A DNA stretch of 42,811 nucleotides from a virus (taxonomy: Duplodnaviria > Heunggongvirae > Uroviricota > Caudoviricetes). The position numbers and the translations under genes were made by a program. This document shows positions 1-7,414 of the stretch, piece after piece. The number at the start of each line of letters is the position of its first letter. Within the stretch, counting starts at the first letter, position 1. The notes beneath the pieces are model-generated. The model had not been told where the DNA came from, searched no databases, and was given only the letters and a program-made list of their open reading frames with translations. The stretch lies in IMG/VR virus record IMGVR_UViG_3300013126_000013. The stretch is one strand, 5' to 3'.

Positions 1-113
1 TGTTCCATAAAGATTCGAAGATCCTCTTTGCTTTGAATATTGTTAGTCACAAGTAAAGAATGATTTTTGAGTAGGTTTGAATGTTCTTCAATTAGCGCTT
101 TGTTGAGCTTCAT
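1..113 (-). CDS. 5' part of a DUF3050-like (heme-oxygenase-like fold) protein, truncated by the window edge; not in the ORF track
   Basis: ATG at 113 with AAGGA upstream. Reads MKLNKALIEEHSNLLKNHSLLVTNNIQSKEDLRIFME(H/Q)..., resembling the DUF3050 N-terminus (L..H.L...I...EDLRIFMEH). Overlaps the end of the upstream rSAM gene. Confidence 0.55.
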   Translation of the reverse strand, partial: MKLNKALIEEHSNLLKNHSLLVTNNIQSKEDLRIFME

Positions 114-1443
114 TTCTTTTCCTTAATCCATTAATATATCTTCGCATATAATCTGTTGGTTCTGGTACATGTTTCATCACAACTGGTTGCCCAAAAAGCA
201 ATTGAAACGCGTGAAGTTGAATATTCCCCCACCAAACTTTTTCGAGAGCGCAATTAGAATAAAATACATGATCAGGAAACTTAATTGGACAAGAAGATCT
301 GCACAAGCGTTTCACTGGGCACTTCATGCAATGATTCTTCTTGCGTAGGATGTCCATACCCTTAATTTCTACCTTTGTCACATCTTCAAGACGACCGGCA
401 ATAAAGCTTCCATCTGTATGCGGACACAAGCGAACATTACCTTGAATATCAACTGATAAAATGTCGTTTGAGTCTGCGCCACATCCAGACTTTGTAGTGA
501 TAGGTGTGGCTCTTTTCAGAAACTTTGCGTATTCAATAATGCCTTCTTCTGAATACACTACGTTATTCTTTAAGAATCTTTTTCGCTCGATGTCAAGCAA
601 AGACTCTTGAGTGAACTGAAAAAGATGTGAAGCAAAATCTTTTAGTTTCTCTCCACGAAGAATATAATTTGACGAAGCTTCACCTGTATCGTGTACATCG
701 TAATTCTTTGCAGGAATAAACGTGATCTTCATGTATTTCTGGTCAACATCATTCGATTTACAAAAGTCCATGAAGTAATCATTGATTGCATAGAGGTCAT
801 GATTCTCGTTACTTACAACTGTCGAGAATCCTAACCCTACGTTTGGGAGACCTATTAGCTGCTTGACAACGTCGACTTTCTTTGAATTCTTCAGTATGTC
901 TTCTCCACGCAGTTTCTCTTGTCCAACTGCATCGTGTGAAAGACTAATGAGTACTCTTGCTTTTAACGATCGAAAGAAGTCAACGTGCTTTTGTACAAAT
1001 GCTGACCCATTTGTTGAAATAAAGAATTCACGATCAGGCGAATCGAAGAAAGACATAATGGCAACCATATCTTTCCAATAAAGAAATGGTTCACCTCCCC
1101 AAAGTTCTACTCGATGAAGTCTTTCAAGATTGAGACTACGCTGGACGTTTGTTATAAACGTCTCTGTGTAAATAGACTGTGGTCTTTCGAGCGGATTTCC
1201 AATATCCTTTTGCATGCAATATGTGCAGTTATAGTTACATGCATGACCCAGCAGAATTCGAATAGCAATTGGATTGTTTACTTTACTTGTAACACCATGA
1301 TTCTTTTCTTCTGCTTCATAATACGAAAGATTCCGCTCTGGAGGCAGGTTTAGTTGATCACCTAGAGTGTTAAATAACTTATTGTTATGTGAGTCATAAT
1401 AGAAAGATGTGCCATCTTTCAGTTCATAGTATTGATAATCCAT
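88..1443 (-). CDS. Radical SAM/SPASM-domain protein (451 aa)
   Basis: CNYNCTYC cluster motif, WGGEPF motif, and SPASM cysteines CGADS..VDIQGNVRLCPH..CMKCPVKRLCRSSCP..C. Confidence 0.92.
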   Translation of the reverse strand: MDYQYYELKDGTSFYYDSHNNKLFNTLGDQLNLPPERNLSYYEAEEKNHGVTSKVNNPIAIRILLGHACNYNCTYCMQKDIGNPLERPQSIYTETFITNVQRSLNLERLHRVELWGGEPFLYWKDMVAIMSFFDSPDREFFISTNGSAFVQKHVDFFRSLKARVLISLSHDAVGQEKLRGEDILKNSKKVDVVKQLIGLPNVGLGFSTVVSNENHDLYAINDYFMDFCKSNDVDQKYMKITFIPAKNYDVHDTGEASSNYILRGEKLKDFASHLFQFTQESLLDIERKRFLKNNVVYSEEGIIEYAKFLKRATPITTKSGCGADSNDILSVDIQGNVRLCPHTDGSFIAGRLEDVTKVEIKGMDILRKKNHCMKCPVKRLCRSSCPIKFPDHVFYSNCALEKVWWGNIQLHAFQLLFGQPVVMKHVPEPTDYMRRYINGLRKRNEAQQSAN

Positions 1444-1823
1444 TATGCGAGTAGGTCATCCCATGCATGACTGTGTGATCGAAGTAGTTCAACCTTATTT
1501 CTCATATCAGTATAGTGATCTGCCGTAATAGTTCCGCCAGCAGAAAACGTTGTAGTAACATTTGTAAAACCTGACACCGTGGACACGGTGTCAGTCGTAG
1601 AAACAGTTCCGGGCGAAGCTAAGTTACCAAATTCTTTAATCTGGCTATAATCTGTAAGCGTATGAGTGTGAGCGCCAACTGCGTTAATGAAGTCTTTTAA
1701 CATGGTGTAATGCGCAGCTTGCACCGTATTACCAGAAGCTACTTGCGCTAACAGTGGTGTTGTATAAGTTGTACGAAGAGATAGAGCTGGGCTTATCGAT
1801 GTTGTACCTGCTACTGCCGGCAT
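1443..1823 (-). CDS. Small Thr-rich protein (126 aa) with two HxH-ending repeats; candidate rSAM substrate or fibre-tip module
   Basis: SD AAGGA; TAATG coupling to the downstream rSAM; internal repeat at G31-D58 and G96-D123; no Cys. The ORF is well supported, the function is inferred. Confidence 0.75.
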   Translation of the reverse strand: MPAVAGTTSISPALSLRTTYTTPLLAQVASGNTVQAAHYTMLKDFINAVGAHTHTLTDYSQIKEFGNLASPGTVSTTDTVSTVSGFTNVTTTFSAGGTITADHYTDMRNKVELLRSHSHAWDDLLA

Positions 1824-1833
1824 GTTTAAATCC

Positions 1834-2979
1834 TTATTTAAAACTTATTATAGGAGCCGGATCGCCTGATGGGAAGTATAAACCAACCTCTGTTCTTCGG
1901 TATCCTAGCTCTATAAGCTTGTGATAGTATTTCGAGTTTTCGCTTAACATCATCTTTGGTATAAAGTTGAATTCTCTATTCACTACAAATGTATCTACTG
2001 TATTTATATAGTAGTCTCTAAATTTTTGAGCAGTAGCGTCTAATGCTGGTTGTAGCTCTTGAAAGAAAGAGCTATATAATTTAAACTTTCCGTCGATCAT
2101 ATCATACATAAACGCTCTATGATCAAAGTCGCCGTCCATAGTGTGGAACGGTTCCCAATTTATGTCTGTTGCGTCATCAATACTATAGAAGAAACGATCA
2201 CCATATAAGTGAAGTGATCCACGGTAGACCTGATATGTTCTATCATTATAACACAACACGTGGCTATTTTGATAATCAAACAGACCCTGTAGATCATGAT
2301 CAGCATTGCCTAATTCGTTATCTTTAACACTTCTCTTTCTATAATCGTTATGAAGAGACGTTACAATACCTTTATCGTTTATCCATTCAACGAGCTCTTT
2401 TGCGTGATATGGTAATTCTGTTTCTGTGGTTTTGATTACCTTGACTTTATGCAAATCGTATTTGTGAATATAATCTTGCAGTATCTCAATGATCTTGTTG
2501 TAGTTTTTCTTTGAGTTTACTTTGTTCATAAACTCTTCACTCAACGCAACTTCAGATAATCCTTTCATGTTAAGTTCCATGAGAGTTTTATGTTGCTTTA
2601 TGAGAGCATTATCAGTCATACCATATTCGAACGTAGAAGCATGTTCTTTATACCAGGAATAGACGTACGGATAGTTTTCTTTGAGGTACAATAAATCGTC
2701 GACGACTCTGATAACATAGAAGTAACTGAAAATCTCGTACCAACGCTTTTCTTCTTCAGCTGTTATCTTAACTGGCACAGCGCTTGCATAATATGGTAGG
2801 TGCTGATTTAGCTTTTGTTTAATATAGCAGACCTGACAATTTGCTCCACAATAATATTTGTTAGTGGGACTAAATGTAATATCATGATCTAAAGGTGCTA
2901 ATGCATCTTCAGTTATGAAGTATGCGCTATTATCTTTGAATTTTCTAAATTCTTCACCGGTGTAACTACTCATATCCAA
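1834..2979 (-). CDS. Divergent radical SAM protein (381 aa) without SPASM domain
   Basis: CGANCQVC (CxxxCxxC) near the N-terminus; no GGEP motif and no C-terminal Cys cluster. Confidence 0.65.
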   Translation of the reverse strand: MDMSSYTGEEFRKFKDNSAYFITEDALAPLDHDITFSPTNKYYCGANCQVCYIKQKLNQHLPYYASAVPVKITAEEEKRWYEIFSYFYVIRVVDDLLYLKENYPYVYSWYKEHASTFEYGMTDNALIKQHKTLMELNMKGLSEVALSEEFMNKVNSKKNYNKIIEILQDYIHKYDLHKVKVIKTTETELPYHAKELVEWINDKGIVTSLHNDYRKRSVKDNELGNADHDLQGLFDYQNSHVLCYNDRTYQVYRGSLHLYGDRFFYSIDDATDINWEPFHTMDGDFDHRAFMYDMIDGKFKLYSSFFQELQPALDATAQKFRDYYINTVDTFVVNREFNFIPKMMLSENSKYYHKLIELGYRRTEVGLYFPSGDPAPIISFK

Positions 2980-4063
2980 TCCAATGCAATAACGTTGGTT
3001 GCTGTTTTAATTTATGTAAATGTCTAACCATCAGGCTAATCGTTTTGTAGAAGTCAACACACTTGCCTCTAGGTTCTTCTTCAAACATGTGATACAAATA
3101 CTTTAACCCGCAAGCATCTCTCAAGTCACAAGTTTGGCATCCAGGCAGTATAAAGTCTTCTTCACTTTTTACGCGGTCGAGATACTGTTGACCTCTCCAT
3201 CGACCTACTCGAAACTCTTTTCTCTTATACTCAAGATAATCAAACTCCGGATATAGATAACCGTCTGGTGATAGAATTAACTTACCATGATTGTTCAAGT
3301 ATTGCTTATCTATCTTATCGTAATTACCATCGATATTCAGGTTGATTCCTTGAACGTAGAGAGAATGAATAAATCGCATTAGGTAAATACTATACCACTT
3401 TATGTCAAAGTCGTCAATCAATACTTTAAACTTTTGCTTTCCTCGATGATGCCGAAGAGGAATCAAATTTACCGTGTCACATCTACTTTCTTTACACGCG
3501 CTTATTACGGCTGAAAGAGTGTGTTCGTTGAACCCATCCGGCGGGCAAACAAATTGAAACATGAGATAACAATTGTTTCTGTACAAGACATCGGCTAGAC
3601 CCTTTAGATCGATCTTTTCACGATTGATTTCTTGATAATTGAAGTCATAGCTCAATGTAATATGTATGTGGTTCCACTTTTGAAAGAACCATTCATTCTC
3701 TACAATTAACGAACCGTTTGTAGTGATGTAATATTCAACGCTATCACCAAAAAGTGGATGAAGCAACTCCATGAGCTGGTCAATTCTCTTAATGTAGAGA
3801 AATGGTTCTCCACCATGAAAAGATATTGCTTTCAATTCTTTTGCGTGTTCTTTTGCGAGAGTCATAAATTTAACGATCTCGTCAAAGTCACGCTTTAACA
3901 AGTTTTGAGAACCGATCTCATCGCGAATATAGGCTCTATCACAATACACACAGTCGAAGTTGCAGAAGTCTCCGAGGTATATTGTAATTGCTTTTATTCC
4001 AGTAAAGTCGCGAGACTTGTCTTGTTGATTGAGTTCTGTTTGAATATGATGGTCGATATGCAT
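2966..4063 (-). CDS. Radical SAM protein with partial SPASM/twitch-like C-terminus (start may be GTG 4078 or ATG 4063)
   Basis: CNFDCVYC, FHGGEPFL, YYITTNG, LSPDGYLYP, CQTCDLRDAC..C. Confidence 0.88.
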   Translation of the reverse strand: MHIDHHIQTELNQQDKSRDFTGIKAITIYLGDFCNFDCVYCDRAYIRDEIGSQNLLKRDFDEIVKFMTLAKEHAKELKAISFHGGEPFLYIKRIDQLMELLHPLFGDSVEYYITTNGSLIVENEWFFQKWNHIHITLSYDFNYQEINREKIDLKGLADVLYRNNCYLMFQFVCPPDGFNEHTLSAVISACKESRCDTVNLIPLRHHRGKQKFKVLIDDFDIKWYSIYLMRFIHSLYVQGINLNIDGNYDKIDKQYLNNHGKLILSPDGYLYPEFDYLEYKRKEFRVGRWRGQQYLDRVKSEEDFILPGCQTCDLRDACGLKYLYHMFEEEPRGKCVDFYKTISLMVRHLHKLKQQPTLLHWIGYE

Positions 4064-5637
4064 TGTATGTAATAACACTTCACTATGTGAGAGTCAGGAT
4101 GGAATGTGAATTCTGGATAGCCATACGTTTTTGCTAGTATGTTGTATAGTTCTCTCAGATCTTTTGCCCCGAGCCACTCGTACATGATTTCCTCTGGCGT
4201 TTGAAGATCATTTCTGATCGAGATATAATGATCAAACATATCTTGACCCATTACATTTCCGCCAAGCGCTTCTCGAAAGAACGTTAACTCTGCTGACATA
4301 ACTTGTGGGCCAAGTTCTTCTAAGCGCTTGGCTCTCTTCTTTACATGTCGCATAAAGATCTTCTTACTTACGTCAGTTTGAAAATCAACGTATAGCTTCA
4401 CAATCTTTTGGCACATATCATCCGGTCTGAATATTCTTGATCCAGTATCAAGATTTCCTGCAGGGCATTGATAACATGCATTCTGATAATCACAAGTTCT
4501 GCACTGTTCCTCGGTTTGGAACATTTCATTATAAGCATTCTGAAAAGTCTTATAACGATCTACATATACTTTATCTTGAATCACATTTCCAAGTACAGCA
4601 ATGTCAGCTCCGTTTGATTTCTGATTTGTAAAGAAGTAACACCCTGAAAAGTCACCCGATGCATCAATAGCAACCATGTGTGAACCAACCATACAGTTTG
4701 AATCTTCTTTTTGGCCAACGCCTTCAGAAAACTTAATGTATAGATCATCGTACATTTCAAGAGCATTGAAAATCTTCGATCTCATCGATTGCCAGTTTTC
4801 TTCTTTCCAAGAAATAAACCCATGTTTTGAATCAAGCACGAGAGGATGCACAACCATATTGCGCACACCAAGAGAATACAGCTCGTCGATAAAGTTACCC
4901 ATGTCACGACTTGTTTCTTCGGAGAGTGTAGCACGAATTACAACTCGCATAGGATCATCAACAGTATCAACTGCTTTCTTGATTACTCCTTTCAGCTTGT
5001 TCATTTGAGCTGGAGTAATTTCACGATGATCGATAGTCGAATTGAAAGTATCAAGACTAATCATCATATGAGTGTATGACTTACTAAAATAGAATTCTGT
5101 AAATTCATCGTTCAGCAAAAGTCCGTTTGTACACATCGAGATATATGTGCCACGGTAATCACTATAATTTGAACTGAGTTCTTCGTCGTATGTTTCGATA
5201 AATTCTTTGATCAAAGGTTTATGAATCAGTGGCTCACCACCAAAGAATTGAAACACTTTCTTCTGGCCGTTATTACGGGAATTCATCCAATCATAAACTT
5301 GCTTTAGTGATTCTTTTGTAAACCGCCCAAAGTCTTTATTATGTTGCTCATAGCAATAAGAGCATGCAAGATTGCATGCATTCGTAAGCATTGCATTTAC
5401 TTGCACAAGATCCTTGAAAAGAACCTCTGCTTCAGAAAATGGAACTGCTGCTTCTTCGGACTTGGGAAGAACTGTGATGAGCTTATTAGATTTTTGACCT
5501 TTACTGGAAATGTTAATAGTTTCAACGGTGGTATGAAGAGTTCCTTCTTGGTCAATAACGGAAGGAGTATGATTTTTTAATCTGTTCTTTTGTGCTTCGC
5601 TTAAAACTCTTTTCACATTCACATAATTATCTGACAT
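3994..5637 (-). CDS. Radical SAM/SPASM peptide-maturase-like protein (547 aa)
   Basis: CNLACSYCY, FFGGEPL, CTNG; SPASM CMVG..IDASGDFSGC..CRTCDYQNACYQCPAGN..C; ATG directly abuts the stop of the 63-aa Cys-tailed peptide. Confidence 0.92.
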   Translation of the reverse strand: MSDNYVNVKRVLSEAQKNRLKNHTPSVIDQEGTLHTTVETINISSKGQKSNKLITVLPKSEEAAVPFSEAEVLFKDLVQVNAMLTNACNLACSYCYEQHNKDFGRFTKESLKQVYDWMNSRNNGQKKVFQFFGGEPLIHKPLIKEFIETYDEELSSNYSDYRGTYISMCTNGLLLNDEFTEFYFSKSYTHMMISLDTFNSTIDHREITPAQMNKLKGVIKKAVDTVDDPMRVVIRATLSEETSRDMGNFIDELYSLGVRNMVVHPLVLDSKHGFISWKEENWQSMRSKIFNALEMYDDLYIKFSEGVGQKEDSNCMVGSHMVAIDASGDFSGCYFFTNQKSNGADIAVLGNVIQDKVYVDRYKTFQNAYNEMFQTEEQCRTCDYQNACYQCPAGNLDTGSRIFRPDDMCQKIVKLYVDFQTDVSKKIFMRHVKKRAKRLEELGPQVMSAELTFFREALGGNVMGQDMFDHYISIRNDLQTPEEIMYEWLGAKDLRELYNILAKTYGYPEFTFHPDSHIVKCYYIQCISTIIFKQNSINKTSLATLLE

Positions 5638-5829
5638 TTAGATGCTGCCTCGAGAACAGTTACACTGACAGTTCGAAGTATAGTCATCACTAAACGTATG
5701 GCTGTGCTGAATTAGCGCATCAAGCACATCAACCATCTGTCGAAAAGATGCTGCGTCAATGGTCTGCCCAGTCGTCTTCGCTGTAGTGGATCCAGCTGCG
5801 GTGAATGTGCTTGTGTTATCTGCAACCAT
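5638..5829 (-). CDS. 63-aa candidate precursor peptide with HSH motif and C-terminal NCQCNC
   Basis: SD AAGGA; TAA-ATG adjacency to the 547-aa rSAM; shares a motif with the 126-aa protein. Confidence 0.8.
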   Translation of the reverse strand: MVADNTSTFTAAGSTTAKTTGQTIDAASFRQMVDVLDALIQHSHTFSDDYTSNCQCNCSRGSI

Positions 5830-5834
5830 GTTCG

Positions 5835-6842
5835 TTATCCTTTAGCTACGATAAATTCTATCTTATATTTGCCCGCAGTAGCAGTACGATCATACCTATT
5901 TATAATTGAATCTATATTGTATTCTAAGGTAATATACCCAAAGTGTCGAGTCGGATCTACATGTATTTTTCCGTCCTTCACTTTTACAGTTAAATTGGTT
6001 TTGATTTCTCTGTCAAATTTTATAGCGCTTCCGTACTTACCGAAGTATGTGCCGCCCTCGTACTCATGTATAGTAAACTGGGACGTAGTAAAGATTGTAT
6101 TTCTATTCACCATATACGCTCCAGAACCTTCAATTCTTGGCACTAAAAAATATTCTTCTACAGTAGCGTCATAGGCATCCATACTAAACACATGATGAGA
6201 ATTGTCATAAACGTTCGAATCAATACTGGGCATTGATACCAGATGCGGGTTGAGCACACAGATAACTAGTTCTTTGTTTTTCGTTCTTTTAAAAACACAG
6301 TACGTTACTGTGGCGATAGAAGCTAATCCGTCGATTGGATTGTTATCGCCACTTATGTTAATCACATTAAAATCATCGTCTCGAGCATAGTAATAAGATT
6401 TAGCCATCAGGGTTTTTTTGTTCATAGCGATATTGCTGAGTGGCGTTCCCAGTGCCACCCACGAATACTTTTCTAAATACTCATACACTTCATCAAGATT
6501 AATAACTCTACTGTTGTCTGGATCTAAGCTAACGCTTGGAGTCAAATATTCTTTGAGAATGAGTTGGCCCCTCGACTCGCCTACTTCAGTATTCATTCCC
6601 GAATTATTCGTTTCTATCACGTATTTAAATGATTCAGACTCAAACTGCTCAAGTACCGGCGCTTTCAGTGTATGAATACGTTCATCTTTTACTATATTGG
6701 CAAGTGAAGATCTTCCAGAATTAACTGGCATGTATAGTCCATTAAATGACCACTTATCACCGATGGCAAGATTCATTACATCAGTACAATTTTCCCAAAT
6801 AGGAGGTCGTCTTGACGCCCAAATGAAGGCCCAATTAATCAT
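5835..6842 (-). CDS. Hypothetical protein (335 aa) within the rSAM cluster
   Basis: Long ORF, ATGA overlap with the upstream gene, no recognised motif. Confidence 0.75.
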   Translation of the reverse strand: MINWAFIWASRRPPIWENCTDVMNLAIGDKWSFNGLYMPVNSGRSSLANIVKDERIHTLKAPVLEQFESESFKYVIETNNSGMNTEVGESRGQLILKEYLTPSVSLDPDNSRVINLDEVYEYLEKYSWVALGTPLSNIAMNKKTLMAKSYYYARDDDFNVINISGDNNPIDGLASIATVTYCVFKRTKNKELVICVLNPHLVSMPSIDSNVYDNSHHVFSMDAYDATVEEYFLVPRIEGSGAYMVNRNTIFTTSQFTIHEYEGGTYFGKYGSAIKFDREIKTNLTVKVKDGKIHVDPTRHFGYITLEYNIDSIINRYDRTATAGKYKIEFIVAKG

Positions 6843-7414
6843 AGTGACCTCATATATTCTATTATTTCTTCGGCTGAATTTCCATCAAAAAACACATCAA
6901 ATTTATCTTTATGACTTCTTAAAAAGTTCGAATAAGATTCTTGAAATAAATTTGCAGCTTCTTCGCTTAGATTTTCATGTGTTACAAGATGATCGATACT
7001 GCGCGGTGTTACCCATCCAATATAGGTATGAGGTACCTGAGGTCGATTGCCCGAATACGCAATAGGCAAAACAACGAGTCCATTTAATTCTTTATCTAAA
7101 TATGTGGTCGCTTCATACTTTAGAAATATGAATCGATTCATGTCATGAAAAGCTTCTTCAAAAAACTTTATGTATGATTCTTGGTCTTTAAAAGATTCGA
7201 AGACGTACTTATAGTTTCCGGATTTAAATGCATCGACGATATCTTTACTATATTTGTGATGTATCAAATTCTTTGTGATAATATCAAGAAAATACGCATC
7301 TTCCATGCAATATTGAATAAAATTATCGACATACCAAGGATTTACGCTATTACGTATTTTGTTGTTGACGTCGTCAATTTCAATATTCATTGCTAATACA
7401 ATTCTTTTTAGCAT
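6839..7414 (-). CDS. Hypothetical protein (191 aa) within the rSAM cluster
   Basis: Overlaps both neighbours on the same strand; no recognised motif. Confidence 0.7.
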   Translation of the reverse strand: MLKRIVLAMNIEIDDVNNKIRNSVNPWYVDNFIQYCMEDAYFLDIITKNLIHHKYSKDIVDAFKSGNYKYVFESFKDQESYIKFFEEAFHDMNRFIFLKYEATTYLDKELNGLVVLPIAYSGNRPQVPHTYIGWVTPRSIDHLVTHENLSEEAANLFQESYSNFLRSHKDKFDVFFDGNSAEEIIEYMRSL

